A stretch of DNA of 64,000 bases from Thermoplasmata archaeon (GTDB lineage: Archaea > Thermoplasmatota > E2 > JACPAO01 > JAHFTW01): assembly GCA_034667725.1 (NCBI GenBank), contig JAXDQS010000003.1, positions 160,001 to 224,000 on the forward strand. The letters are read 5' to 3'. The position numbers were made by a program, and so were the translations under genes. Positions 47,283-57,725 of this stretch are shown in pieces. Every line of letters starts with the position of its first letter. The first letter of the stretch is position 1. A model generated the notes under the pieces. It worked only from the letters and a program-made list of their open reading frames with translations. It made no database searches and was not told where the DNA came from.

Positions 47283-48182
47283 ATGCCGGGCCGCTTGGAC
47301 GCGACCTTCTTGGCGCACGGCGGCGCGACGGCCGGCAAGGACGCCGCGGACGGCACGCAGCGCGCCTGCGCGGCCGGCCAGCGGGCGTTCCAGGAGGGCG
47401 CCTCGCTGCTGGACGCCGCGGTGCTGGCGTGCCGCGTGCTGGAGGACGACGGCCGCTTCAACGCCGGCCGCGGCAGCCAGCTCCGCCTGGACGGCAAGAC
47501 CGTCGAGATGGACGCCGCCTGCATGACCTCCGACGGCCAGTTCGGCGCCGTCATCTGCGTTGCCGACGTCCGCAACCCGATCCTGGCCGCACGCGCGGTC
47601 CACGACACGCCGCACAACGCGCTCGTCGGCGACGGCGCCACCGCGTTCGCCCGCAGCCTCGGGCTGGCGGGCCGCGAGGCGCCCTCGGAGGCCGCGGTGC
47701 GGCACGCCCTCGCGGCCCGCAAGGCGCTGCAAGAGCACGGCCACGCCCAGGAGACGGGCTGGCGGCTGGACAAGATCCTGGAGCACTGGAACTACCAGGA
47801 GCCGCCGCCCCAGGAGCTGCTCGGCTCGGACACGGTCGGCGTGGTGGCCACCGACGGGCGCGCGTTCGTGGCCGCCGCCAGCACGGGCGGCCTCAGCATC
47901 ACGCTGCGCGGCCGCGCCAGCGACGTCGGCATGCTCGGCGCCGGCATCTACGCCGGGCGGCACGGCGCCGTCGCCTGCACCGGCCGCGGCGAGTTCCTCG
48001 CCCGGTCGCTGTTCAGCCACCGCGTGTACCAAGGGCTGGCCGACGGCCTCGACGCGGGCGCCGCGATCGAGCGCGCCATGCGGGTGGTGCCCGACAAGAC
48101 CGCGGTCGGCGCCATCGCGGTCGGGACGGGCTCGGCGGCGGGGGCGGACAACTGCCGGATGCCGTGGTCGAGGGCCGGGTAG
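47283..48182 (+). CDS. isoaspartyl peptidase/L-asparaginase (Ntn hydrolase)
   Basis: HGG, LEDDGRFNAG.GS, EMDA, SDTVG, STGG, TGRGE. Confidence 0.9.
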   Translation: MPGRLDATFLAHGGATAGKDAADGTQRACAAGQRAFQEGASLLDAAVLACRVLEDDGRFNAGRGSQLRLDGKTVEMDAACMTSDGQFGAVICVADVRNPILAARAVHDTPHNALVGDGATAFARSLGLAGREAPSEAAVRHALAARKALQEHGHAQETGWRLDKILEHWNYQEPPPQELLGSDTVGVVATDGRAFVAAASTGGLSITLRGRASDVGMLGAGIYAGRHGAVACTGRGEFLARSLFSHRVYQGLADGLDAGAAIERAMRVVPDKTAVGAIAVGTGSAAGADNCRMPWSRAG

Positions 48183-48287
48183 CAGGCATCGCCAGGTTCA
48201 AGGCCTTGCGGCGACGACACCGAGGCCATGCCGCGTGGGAGCGGACGCCCGGACGTTTCGCAACGCCCTCGCAGGGAAGCCCCTGGA

Positions 48288-48503
48288 ATGCTCACGGGGC
48301 TGGCCATCCTGGAGCGCGAGCTTGGGCTGAACGAATACGCCCGCCACCAGCTCGAAGGCCGGCTGGCGCGCAAGCTGCCGGCCGCCGAGGCCCAGCGGCT
48401 GCGGGCGGAGCTGGAGGAGCTGCGAATCCGGCGGCTGCAGACCATCCGGCTCCTGGACGACCTGCACGCCAAGCTCGAAGGGCTGGCGGCGGGCCCCGAT
48501 TGA
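48288..48503 (+). CDS. small hypothetical coiled-coil protein
   Basis: Leu/Glu/Arg heptad-like ORF with host codon bias. Confidence 0.45.
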   Translation: MLTGLAILERELGLNEYARHQLEGRLARKLPAAEAQRLRAELEELRIRRLQTIRLLDDLHAKLEGLAAGPD

Positions 48504-48525
48504 AGCGTGGCCCGCGCGGCTCAGG

Positions 48526-49143
48526 TCATTCGGTCTTCGGCGCGACGGGCGCCACGTCAAGGCCAGCCAGGCCGGCACGCTGCAGCCGACCAAGGCGGTC
48601 CGCCGTGGCGGGCTCAAGGACGAGCATGGCCCGCGCCGCCCGCTTTGGCTTGGCGGGCCAACGGGACCGCAGCATGGGCAGGCCCGGCGGCCGGTCCTCC
48701 ACCAAGGACTCGATCACGAGCTTGGACCCGATGCGCTCCAACGGGGTGGCCGACAGAAGGGCGGCCAGCTGCTTCAAGTCGTCCACGCGGCCGGTGCGCG
48801 CAAGCACCATGACATTGCAGGGCCCCGTCGTCGCGAAGGCATGCACCACGTTGGGGATGGCCTTGAGCAGGGTGGCGGCTTCCGCAAGCCGGGCGGGCGG
48901 GCAGTAGGCCTCGACGAGTGTAAGCACGGGCAGGCCGACGAGCGCCCAGTCCACGGTCGCCTCGAAGCCCAGAAGGACGCCATGCGCCTCCAGGCGGGCC
49001 ACACGGTCCTGGACCGTGCGCTCGTTGCAGCCGATGGCCTCCGCCACCTCGCGCAACGGGCTGCGGCCATGGGTTGACAGCACTTCCAGGATCCTCCGGT
49101 CTGTGTCGTCCAAGGCCCAGGGGCGTGCCATGGCGTGTGCCAT
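48526..49143 (-). CDS. Lrp/AsnC family transcriptional regulator
   Basis: LDDTDRRIL..L...GR.PL.EVA..IG..E.TV..RV.RLE..GV; TTG in the RAM domain. Confidence 0.88.
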   Translation of the reverse strand: MAHAMARPWALDDTDRRILEVLSTHGRSPLREVAEAIGCNERTVQDRVARLEAHGVLLGFEATVDWALVGLPVLTLVEAYCPPARLAEAATLLKAIPNVVHAFATTGPCNVMVLARTGRVDDLKQLAALLSATPLERIGSKLVIESLVEDRPPGLPMLRSRWPAKPKRAARAMLVLEPATADRLGRLQRAGLAGLDVAPVAPKTE

Positions 49144-49486
49144 GCGCGCTCCAGCGGTTAGGGAGGCGCCCGTGCGCACATGTTGGGGTCCTGGGTCGGG
49201 TTTGCAGCACGGCGCCCAAGGGGTCGAGCCGGAATTTTGGCCAAAACCCGCAAAGTGCGTTGGGCCCGAGGCCAGCGCAGCAGCCGATGCAACCAAGGCG
49301 GAGTAGGTTTCGCCATGGATTTTGACCTTCACCGAGAATATACCGCGAGCAAATCGCTCTACAGGCGGGGTATGAGGCTCGTCAGACACAAGGTGGCATT
49401 TGGGGAACGGGCTTCGCCACCTGAAAGCCGCCATTCATTCCGCCCCCCTTCCCATATTTAGCCTGCCTCGCCTTCGCATCGCCGCT

Positions 49487-50707
49487 ATGGATCAGACCGA
49501 GCGCGCGGTGTTGAACTGGTTGAAGGCGCACCGGTCCAGCACGCCTTCCCCAGGCACGGCGCATCTGCCCGGCGACAAGGTTGGAATGCGACCCTTCGTT
49601 CTCGCGTCCGTCCCGCTGGCCAAATTGGACTTCCAAGACCACCGCTTCAACCCACGCACGCCAAGTCCGGCCAAAGTGAATGAACTCTCCGCGTCTATCC
49701 GTTATCTTGGTCTCCTCACCCCGCTGACGTGCTGCTACATCGAGGAGGAGGACAAGGTTGTCCTGATTGATGGCCGCCACCGGTATGGCGCATTGAAGTC
49801 GCTAGCCCAGGAAGACGCGGCGTGGGCGAAGGAAGCGGAGGTGGACGTGAAAATCTACTATCGCCTCCTAGTGAGCGACATCTACATTCTCGCCACCTAC
49901 CTTAACCGCACGCGACGCAACCTGAAGAAGGGCGAATACTACCAGGTAATCGTCAACATCTACGAGAATAAGCAGCAAGAATTGGAGAGCGAAACACGGA
50001 AGAAGCACACCGAAAAGGAGATTTTTGGCAAGATTAGCCATCGCGAACTCACTGATCGCAACTTCGACCTTTCCATTGGGCGCCTTGTCGGCATTGCAGC
50101 CTTCGATGAAGAAGAGGACGACGCCTGGTTCCCCTACGTTGGCAATCACCAGAGCGCCCGCGTCCAAAACGATTCGAGCCGCGGCTATTGCCCTTTGACC
50201 GCGGGCAACCTCGCATCGTTCCTACGGTTTCTCTGCAAGGCCCAGCCTTACGACGATGTTGGCCAAGCGCGTGCAATCGAACTCGCAAACGTCATCGAAT
50301 TGGGCCGCATTTTCCACAAAGGACTGTTGGAGCCCGTGGAAAGTTACATGCAAGCGACCGCTACTACTGTTGCCTGCAAGCACTGGCCACTCGTGGCATT
50401 TGGTCACCTACTCCGCGACTCCTCCATCTTTGCGGACCGCGAAGCAAAGTCCGCGCCGTTTGCAACCACGCTCAAGGCGAGCCAGAAGACCATGCTTACC
50501 AAGGCCGTAGCCGCTTACAAACAGGTAATGGCGGAACAGGCCACGCTGATTCAGGAGTTCAAGGAATCAGACAACGACCAAGACATCCTGCGAAAGGCAT
50601 GGAGTTACCAGACGCAAAAGAACTTGATTCTGGGCTATCTCAAGGACGAACTTGAGGCAAGGGTCACCGGGTTCACTGCCAAAATCGCGGAAGATGACCA
50701 AGAATGA
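49487..50707 (+). CDS. ParB/Srx (DGxHR, DndB-like) N-terminal domain protein
   Basis: VPLAKL...FNPR...VNELSASI...GLLTPL...LIDGRHRY.AL...YLNRTRRNL; ATATTTA box ~30 nt upstream. Confidence 0.8.
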   Translation: MDQTERAVLNWLKAHRSSTPSPGTAHLPGDKVGMRPFVLASVPLAKLDFQDHRFNPRTPSPAKVNELSASIRYLGLLTPLTCCYIEEEDKVVLIDGRHRYGALKSLAQEDAAWAKEAEVDVKIYYRLLVSDIYILATYLNRTRRNLKKGEYYQVIVNIYENKQQELESETRKKHTEKEIFGKISHRELTDRNFDLSIGRLVGIAAFDEEEDDAWFPYVGNHQSARVQNDSSRGYCPLTAGNLASFLRFLCKAQPYDDVGQARAIELANVIELGRIFHKGLLEPVESYMQATATTVACKHWPLVAFGHLLRDSSIFADREAKSAPFATTLKASQKTMLTKAVAAYKQVMAEQATLIQEFKESDNDQDILRKAWSYQTQKNLILGYLKDELEARVTGFTAKIAEDDQE

Positions 50708-52041
50708 CTGCCACTGATGCGTTCTTGAAAAACGCGGGCGTTCCGTTCGACGCGGCGACTGCGATGGTCAATGCATGGCCGATTGCACCCGATGCCGGCG
50801 GGGAGTTGAATGCGGCCGCAAAGCGGGTATCCTCGCTTGCACAGTTGGCTGTCGGCGAAGACAGCGACTGGCCCACCAAACAGAACATCCTGGAACGAAG
50901 TAGACTGGGCATCTACTCTCCCGTTCAACTCGTCCTGCTTGAGGCTGCAAACGCGACTCCTGCGAGCACCGACCTTGAGTATCCTTTCGCTTTCAGCAGC
51001 GTCGGGCTTGCAACAGAACTGCTGGTCAAAACACTTCAACGCGAGCCAAATCCTACGGGCACAACGGGATGGCCCCCCACCGATAGCACATCCTACGACA
51101 AGACCCGCCGCCTTCTTCAGTCGATGTTCCAGCAGCGCGAAGTCCGGGAGGAAGGTGAACCGCCGTCAATGGAAATCATCATCCCAATGGCGGAGGACGA
51201 CGCAGCACTTCCTCAAGTGACGTCCAAAAAACTCGGGCAGGTGTTCGGTCGCGGCGTGGCCATGCTTCAAGGAAGTGGATTGGCGACATTGCCCGCATCT
51301 GGCGGCCAGGTCTTCGAAATTTTCCAAACCCACGACACCGCACCCGGCACTAATCTCTACACGTTGGAGGAATCGTTCTCGCACCTTCCGGAGCGCAAAA
51401 TGTCGTTGACCTTGCGCCGAGACGGTCATGTGACTATTGCGATGGACAAGAATCCAATCTTGGAGTTCTACAACGGCGGCTGGCACATCTGCGACCTGAA
51501 GTATTCTAGGATCGCCCTGCAAGCCATTGCTCAGGCCGCATTCGGAACCGCCGTGCGCCCCGAAATCTTGCCCCGCATCCTCACCCTTGCTTACCACATG
51601 GCCACGCACGGTCACGGTGGAATCATCGGAGTAGTTCCGGAGGCCGTCGCGGCAGGCGCCGATTCCACCATCGTTGAGTTTGAACCGCAATCGCCGGAAA
51701 GCATCGGGGTTACGAACGCCATTCGTGCGGTCAAGGACAAGATGAAACTGACGGGCGACCTGACGATTGATCGCCTAGCGCAGATCGGCTTTGGTCGGTT
51801 GCTCCTGGCGGCCAACCTTCAGGATGGTGCGACCTTGTTCTTGCCCGATGGCCATTTCCACTCCTCGGGTAGAATGGTGAAACGGATTGCGGCCGGAGCG
51901 GGTGGCGGTTCTGGAGCCCGCGCGGCAAAGGGGATTGGCGCCGCCGGATTGGCCATCAAGATTAGCGAGGACGGCGCTATCAAGGTCTATTCCAGCATGG
52001 GTGGGGACAAGACCCCCGATGATGGACTGCGCATCCACTGA
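50704..52041 (+). CDS. divergent diadenylate cyclase (DAC/DisA_N) domain protein with unknown N-terminal region
   Basis: HGGIIGVV, LQDGATLF, GGGSGARAAKGIG (at the RHR position), KISEDGAIKVY; ATGA overlap with the ParB-like gene. Confidence 0.72.
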   Translation: MTATDAFLKNAGVPFDAATAMVNAWPIAPDAGGELNAAAKRVSSLAQLAVGEDSDWPTKQNILERSRLGIYSPVQLVLLEAANATPASTDLEYPFAFSSVGLATELLVKTLQREPNPTGTTGWPPTDSTSYDKTRRLLQSMFQQREVREEGEPPSMEIIIPMAEDDAALPQVTSKKLGQVFGRGVAMLQGSGLATLPASGGQVFEIFQTHDTAPGTNLYTLEESFSHLPERKMSLTLRRDGHVTIAMDKNPILEFYNGGWHICDLKYSRIALQAIAQAAFGTAVRPEILPRILTLAYHMATHGHGGIIGVVPEAVAAGADSTIVEFEPQSPESIGVTNAIRAVKDKMKLTGDLTIDRLAQIGFGRLLLAANLQDGATLFLPDGHFHSSGRMVKRIAAGAGGGSGARAAKGIGAAGLAIKISEDGAIKVYSSMGGDKTPDDGLRIH

Positions 52042-52042
52042 A

Positions 52043-52528
52043 CTACGCGGAAACCACGAGATTGGGCACGTCCTTGATTTCCTCCGTGACGTGCGATTTG
52101 AATGCCGCAGCGACTGGACCGAACACTTCACGGTATGGCTTGGGGGGAAGGAAGGCGACCGCCGCAGCGTATTTTCGGCGAATGACGCCAAGGACAGTGG
52201 CTGTCCGAACACGCAAGTCCTGCTTGTGAGCCACGCTCGTCAACTCCGATAAGCGCATGTCGTAACTCACAATCTCGGGCAACGACTCATGGCGCCAATG
52301 CACAGGGTCAAACAACCTGCTGAGCGTAATTCGGTCAAAGTCTCGGCCTTCCGCCGCGCCGTTTGCGTTCAATAAATCGATGGTCCTCTGATGAGGCCTG
52401 GAGGAGCGGTAGGGTCGCTGCTTGGTGCAGCCTAGGATCAGAAGCACCGAGCCTAGGCTTGAATTCGGATACCGGTAATCGGATCGTTTGTTGGCTGGCG
52501 CCCCGCTTGCGGTTAGCCCCGCAGGCAC
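52043..52528 (-). pseudogene. DUF5591-like (archaeosine synthase/TGT-associated) domain, probably 5'-truncated
   Basis: LLILGCTKQRPYRSSRPH and ITLSRLFDPVHW.HE.LP.IVSYD resemble the LPCSxxKPYxxSxxH and SxxFGxVPxExE...YD patterns. Confidence 0.45.
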
Positions 52529-52806
52529 AGTTCTCTTGTAGCGACGAGTTTCGTCCGCCAGTCGGCGTTCTCACGTAGCAAGATTGTGAAGCGCAAGTGC
52601 CGCAAGGACGTCGGACTTGTTGACTTGCTGTTCGCCAAGTCTCAACTTCCTTGGCAATCTGCGATTTGGTCAGCCCTTGCCTGGCCAGGCCCGCTATGCG
52701 GTGGAGCATCGCTTCATCCAGAAGGGGATGCGAGCCCCGCTTGATGGGCGGCGGTTGGGGCGCTTCCATGCCCGTTTGTGGGGCATGGGAATCCAAAAGC
52801 CTATAG

Positions 52807-52879
52807 TGGTCGAGCCGGGATTTGAACCCGGGTCGGAAGAGTGAGAGTCTTCCATGATTGGCCGCTACACTACTCGACC
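52807..52879 (-). tRNA. tRNA-Glu (CTC)
   Basis: GGTCGAG/CTCGACC acceptor stem, GAAGA-CT-CTC-AC-TCTTC anticodon arm, GGTTCAAATCC. Confidence 0.95.
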
Positions 52880-52940
52880 TGAGGCAGGCCCGTCCAGGGG
52901 CTGCAAGGGCGCGCGACTTGGCGACCTGATTTAACCCCTT

Positions 52941-53408
52941 TCACCAGGTGCGCGGCGGCTCCTCGTGGACTTCGAGGTAGACCTTGGCTTTCTTGCCGGT
53001 GGCGAGGCCGAAGCCGGCGTCGATGCTGGCCCAGTCCCAGGCGAGGCGTTCGCAGAGGCCGGCGAGCGAGCCGGGGCGTTCGGGGAGGATGACTTCGCGG
53101 ACCTCGCGGGCTTGGAAGTGGTAGGCGTTGGCGTCGAGGGCGTGCTTGGCGGCCTTGAGGTCGCGGGTGAGGAGCTGGACGCCGCCTTGGTTGGCGACGA
53201 AGCCTTCGAGGTTGACGCTGGCTTCGGCGAGGGCGCCGGCGAGGCGGGCGAGGGCGCCGCGTTCGTTGGGGAGGTGGACGTGCAGGAGGTGGAAGCCGGT
53301 GGCCTTGGAGCCCTTGGCCTGGACCGTGACGGGCTTGGCAGGCTTGGGGGCGGGCTTGGCGGCCTTCTTGGGCGGCGCGCGCTTGGGGGCGGCCTTGCGG
53401 GTGGGCAC
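52941..53408 (-). CDS. tandem ACT-domain protein with Lys/Pro/Ala-rich N-terminus
   Basis: LPNERGALARLA.AL.EA.VNL and LPERPGSLA.L; N-terminal RKAAPKRAPPKKAAKPAPKPAK. Confidence 0.75.
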   Translation of the reverse strand: MPTRKAAPKRAPPKKAAKPAPKPAKPVTVQAKGSKATGFHLLHVHLPNERGALARLAGALAEASVNLEGFVANQGGVQLLTRDLKAAKHALDANAYHFQAREVREVILPERPGSLAGLCERLAWDWASIDAGFGLATGKKAKVYLEVHEEPPRTW

Positions 53409-53455
53409 GTCCGTTTGGAGCCGGGCTTGCCGCAAGAGGGTTGTGGCCGGGAAGG

Positions 53456-56335
53456 CTACGCCGGCTTCTTCGGGCGCTTCGGCCGTGGCGCGACGGCGCC
53501 TTCCTCCAGCCGCTTCTTGGGGGTCAGCAAGGGCTTGAGGAAGCGGCCGGTGTGGCTGGCCTCGACCTGCGCGATCTCCTCGGGGGTGCCTTCGGCGACG
53601 ATGCGGCCGCCGGCGTCGCCGCCTTCGGGGCCGAGGTCGATGACCCAGTCGCTGCACTTGACGACGTCGAGGTTGTGCTCAATGACCACCACGGAATTGC
53701 CGGCGTCCACCAGGCGTTGCAGGACGCCCAAGAGGTGCTGGATGTCGTGGACGTGCAGGCCGGTGGTGGGCTCGTCGAGGATGTAGAGGGTGCGTCCGGT
53801 GCCGCGCTTGGCGAGCTCGGTGGCCAGCTTGACGCGCTGGGCCTCGCCGCCGGAGAGCTGGGTGGCGGGCTGGCCGAGGCGGATGTAGCCCAATCCCACG
53901 TCGTGGATGGTCTGGAGCTTGTTCCGGATCTGCGGGAGGTTCTCGAAGAACCCGAGCGCCTCCTCGACGCTGAGGTCTAGCACTTCGCGGATGTTCTTGC
54001 CCTTGTAGCGGACCTGGAGGGTCTCCTTGTTGTAGCGGGCGCCCTTGCAGACCTCGCACGGGACGTAGACGTCGGGGAGGAAGTGCATCTCGATCTTGAC
54101 GACGCCGTCGCCTTCGCACGCCTCGCAGCGGCCGCCCTTGACGTTGAAGCTGAAGCGGCCGGTCTTGTAGCCACGGTTCTTGGCGTCGGCCGTCATGGCG
54201 AACAGGTCGCGGATCGGGGTCCAGACGCCGGTGTAGGTGGCGGGGTTCGAGCGCGGGGTGCGGCCGATGGGCGACTGGTCGATGTCGATGACCTTGTCCA
54301 CGTGCTGCAGGCCGAGGATGCCGCCGTGCTTGCCGGGCTTCTCGCCGCCGACGTAGCCGAGCTGCTTGAGCGCGGCCTTGTGCAGCGTCTCGTTGATGAG
54401 GGTGGACTTGCCGGAGCCGGACACGCCGGTCACCGCGACGAACACGCCGAGCGGGATGTCGACGTTGATGGCCTTGAGGTTGTTCTCCTCGGCCTTCAGG
54501 ATCCGGATGGCCCGGCCCGGCGTCGGCTCGCGCCGGCTCGGGGGCACGGCGATGGCGAGCTTGCCCGCGAGGTACTGGCCGGTGAGCGACTTGGTGCTGC
54601 GCGCGACCTCGGCGGGCGTCCCCGCCGCCATCAGCTGCCCGCCGTGCTCGCCGGCGCCGGGGCCGAGGTCGATGAGCCAGTCGGCTTCGCGCATGGTGTC
54701 CTCGTCGTGCTCGACCACCAGCACCGTGTTCTCCAGGTCCCGCAGGCGGCGCAGGGTCGCGAGCAGGCGGTGGTTGTCGCGCTGGTGCAAGCCGATGCTG
54801 GGCTCGTCGAGGACGTAGAGCACGCCTTGCAGGCCGGACCCGATCTGGGAGGCGAGGCGGATGCGCTGCGACTCGCCGCCGGACAGGGTGCCGGAGGCGC
54901 GGTCGAGGTTGAGGTAGCTGAGGCCGACGTCGTCGAGGAAACGGAGGCGCTCGACGATCTCCTTGAGGATCTCCTTGGCGACCTTGTTCTCGCGCTCCGT
55001 GAGGTGGCTGGGCAGATCGCGGAACCAGGCCAGGCTGGCGTTGACCGGGAAGCGGGTGGACTCGATGATGGACTTGCCGTGGACCTTGACGGCAAGCACC
55101 TCGGGCTTGAGGCGCCAGCCTTTGCAGCCGGCGCACGGACGCTCCGACATGAAGGCGGCGATGCGTTCCTTGGCCTTGTCGGACTCGGACTCGCGCATGA
55201 GGCGCTGCATCCGGGTGGACAGGCCTTCCCAGCTGGACTCGTTGCCCCAGCGGGTCGGGATGCCTTCCGGGCTGCCGTAGAGGACGATCTCCTTGTGCGC
55301 GGGCGGCAGCTTGGCCCAGGGAACGTCGACGCTGACGCCGAGGGTGTCGCAGACGTGGGCGAGCCAGCGGCCCATCCAGCTCTTCATGATGAAGACCTCG
55401 GAGTCGAAGCAGCCTTGGCGGATGGTGCGGTTCTTGTCCTTGACGATCTTGTCCTCGTCGGGCTGCATCGAGAAGCCCAGGCCCGAGCAGGTGGCGCAGG
55501 CGCCGTGCGGGGCGTTGAACGAGAACATGCGCGGCGTGAGCTCCGCGAGGATCGAGCCGTGGTCGGGGCAGCCGAACGACTCGGAGTAGAGGTGCTCGCC
55601 GTCCTCGGTCCACACCGTCACGAGGCCTTCGGCGGCCTTGAGCCCCGTTTCCAGGGCGTCGGTGAGGCGCTCCTCGAACGCCTCGCCGTCGGGGCCTTGC
55701 TTCTTGACCGCCAGCCGGTCCACGACGATGTCGATCGAGTGCTTGTAGGTCTTCTCGAGCTTCCAGTTGTCCTCGACCTCGCCGAACTTGCCGTCGACGC
55801 GGACACGGGTGTAGCCCTGCGCCTTGAGGTCGGCCCAGAGCCGCTGGTACTCGCCCTTGCGGTCGCGCACGACGGGGGCGAGGATCTGGAGCTTGGCGCC
55901 CTCGGGCAGGCCCTTGGTCTCGGCGACGATCTGGTCCACCGACATCTTGCCGATGGGGCGGTCGCACTTGGGGCAGTACGGGGTGCCGACGTGGGCCCAC
56001 AGCAGGCGCAGGTAGTCGTAGATCTCCGTGGTGGTGCCGACGGTGGAGCGCGGGTTCTTGGAGGTGGTCTTCTGGTCGATGGAGATGGCGGGCGACAGGC
56101 CCTCGATGTGATCGACCTCGGGCTTCTTCATCTGGCCCAGGAACTGGCGGGCGTAGGCGGACAGCGACTCGACGTAGCGCCGCTGGCCTTCCGCGTAGAT
56201 GGTGTCGAAGGCGAGCGACGACTTGCCGGAGCCGGACAGGCCGGTCACGACGACCAGCTTGCCGCGGGGAATCTCGACGTCGATGCCCTTGAGGTTGTGC
56301 TCGCGCGCGCCGCGGACGATAATGGAACCGGACAT
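53456..56335 (-). CDS. uvrA: excinuclease ABC subunit A
   Basis: [49 protein letters not shown]. Confidence 0.98.
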   Translation of the reverse strand: MSGSIIVRGAREHNLKGIDVEIPRGKLVVVTGLSGSGKSSLAFDTIYAEGQRRYVESLSAYARQFLGQMKKPEVDHIEGLSPAISIDQKTTSKNPRSTVGTTTEIYDYLRLLWAHVGTPYCPKCDRPIGKMSVDQIVAETKGLPEGAKLQILAPVVRDRKGEYQRLWADLKAQGYTRVRVDGKFGEVEDNWKLEKTYKHSIDIVVDRLAVKKQGPDGEAFEERLTDALETGLKAAEGLVTVWTEDGEHLYSESFGCPDHGSILAELTPRMFSFNAPHGACATCSGLGFSMQPDEDKIVKDKNRTIRQGCFDSEVFIMKSWMGRWLAHVCDTLGVSVDVPWAKLPPAHKEIVLYGSPEGIPTRWGNESSWEGLSTRMQRLMRESESDKAKERIAAFMSERPCAGCKGWRLKPEVLAVKVHGKSIIESTRFPVNASLAWFRDLPSHLTERENKVAKEILKEIVERLRFLDDVGLSYLNLDRASGTLSGGESQRIRLASQIGSGLQGVLYVLDEPSIGLHQRDNHRLLATLRRLRDLENTVLVVEHDEDTMREADWLIDLGPGAGEHGGQLMAAGTPAEVARSTKSLTGQYLAGKLAIAVPPSRREPTPGRAIRILKAEENNLKAINVDIPLGVFVAVTGVSGSGKSTLINETLHKAALKQLGYVGGEKPGKHGGILGLQHVDKVIDIDQSPIGRTPRSNPATYTGVWTPIRDLFAMTADAKNRGYKTGRFSFNVKGGRCEACEGDGVVKIEMHFLPDVYVPCEVCKGARYNKETLQVRYKGKNIREVLDLSVEEALGFFENLPQIRNKLQTIHDVGLGYIRLGQPATQLSGGEAQRVKLATELAKRGTGRTLYILDEPTTGLHVHDIQHLLGVLQRLVDAGNSVVVIEHNLDVVKCSDWVIDLGPEGGDAGGRIVAEGTPEEIAQVEASHTGRFLKPLLTPKKRLEEGAVAPRPKRPKKPA

Positions 56336-56610
56336 TCTTTCCCTCACGCGATGGAAACTGCGTGCGGAAGCTTTCGCCCCCGAGTGGTTTTTCTCGACGG
56401 GAGGCGTCTCTTTCAGGGTTTGGGACGGGGTAGGTGAAGGTTCGTCGCTCAAGCCTTGCCCTTTGGCCCCTAGTCTCAATAGGCGGCCCGGTTCGGGCAG
56501 AAGCCTCCCCGCTGGCCAGCTTTATCCCTGGTGGGTGGATCGCACGGCATGGCCGTCCCCTTCCCGTCCACCGCGGACCGGACGGCCGCCAGGCGCGCGG
56601 AGGCCCTCCC

Positions 56611-57267
56611 ATGGGACCGCGCCTGACCCTGCCCACGATGACAGGCTGGGAGGTGGCCGTCCTCCACGAGCTCGGCGGCCGCACCAGCCAGCAGGACGCC
56701 TGGGCCTGCCTGCCCGCGACCCCGTTCGCCGGCGCCACCGCCGACGTGTTCGCCGTGTTCGACGGGCTCGGCGGCCTGCCGCGCGGCGCCGACGCGGCCG
56801 ACGCCTGCGCCAAAGGCCTGGCCGCCGTGCTGCAGGCCTGCCCGTCGCTGGAGCGCGCCATGCAGGCGCTCGACGCCGCCGCCCGCGCGACCGGCGGCGC
56901 CACCACCGCGACGCTGCTGGCGGTCGCGCCCGACGGCCGCGGCCAGGTCGCCACCGTCGGCGACTCCTCCGCCTACCACCTGCGCGACGGCCTGCTCGAC
57001 CTGCTGGTGCCCGGCGGCCGGGCGGCCACCGGCGCCGTCACCTCGGCCCTCGGCCGCGGCGGCGCGCCCCGCCTCGCGTCTTTCACTGCGAAGCCCGGCG
57101 ACACGGTGGCGGCCGCGACCGACGGCGTCGGCGACTTCTTCGCGCCGCTGCACCTGGAGCGCCTGCTGGCCCGCGCCCCCGCCGAGGCGGCGCAGGCGGC
57201 GTGGGCCGAGGTGCGGCGCCGCGGCGCGCCCGACAACGCCACCCTGGTGGTCGCGAGGCGGGCATGA
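56611..57267 (+). CDS. PP2C/PPM family Ser/Thr phosphatase
   Basis: [27 protein letters not shown]; start may be 56638. Confidence 0.82.
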   Translation: MGPRLTLPTMTGWEVAVLHELGGRTSQQDAWACLPATPFAGATADVFAVFDGLGGLPRGADAADACAKGLAAVLQACPSLERAMQALDAAARATGGATTATLLAVAPDGRGQVATVGDSSAYHLRDGLLDLLVPGGRAATGAVTSALGRGGAPRLASFTAKPGDTVAAATDGVGDFFAPLHLERLLARAPAEAAQAAWAEVRRRGAPDNATLVVARRA

Positions 57268-57725
57268 AGGTCCGCCGCGCCGGCCCCGCCGACTTCGACG
57301 CGGTGCGCCCGCTGGTGGCGCTGCTGCACGCCCACGAGGAGCTGCCGCCGGCGCCCGAGACCGACCATGCGCTGCGGCGGCTCCTGGCCAACCCGCGGCT
57401 GGGCCGCGTCCTGGTGGGCGAGGACGACACCGGCGCCCTGCTTGGCTACGTCGTGCTGGGCTTCGGCTTCAGCCTGGAGTTCCACGGCACCGACGCCTTC
57501 GTCGACGAGCTGTTCGTGCTGGAGGCGCACCGCGGCCACGGCGTCGGCGCCCTGCTGATGGCGGCGGCGGAGGGCGAGTGCCGCAGCATCGGCATCCACG
57601 CGCTGCACCTGGAGGTCACGCACGCCAACCCGGCCGCGGCGCTGTACGAGCGGCAGGGCTACAAGCGGCACCAGCGGCACCTCATGACGAAGTGGCTGGC
57701 CAAGGACGGGCACGACCCGGACTAG
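57264..57725 (+). CDS. GNAT family N-acetyltransferase
   Basis: VDELFV...HRGHGVG..L; N.AAALYER.GY. Confidence 0.88.
   Translation: MKVRRAGPADFDAVRPLVALLHAHEELPPAPETDHALRRLLANPRLGRVLVGEDDTGALLGYVVLGFGFSLEFHGTDAFVDELFVLEAHRGHGVGALLMAAAEGECRSIGIHALHLEVTHANPAAALYERQGYKRHQRHLMTKWLAKDGHDPD

Larger units (their letters stand above)
49222..52823. mobile_element. lower-GC integrated island remnant at tRNA-Glu with degenerate att-like repeat
   Basis: GGTCGAGCCGGaATTT (49222-49237) vs the tRNA 3' end GGTCGAGCCGGgATTT (52808-52823); the composition shift lies between them; no integrase present. Confidence 0.65.

Noticed and set aside
49487-50707. Chromosome/plasmid partitioning ParB
   Set aside because: No adjacent parA or parS-like repeats and no obvious ParB HTH; context favours a non-partitioning ParB/Srx-fold protein
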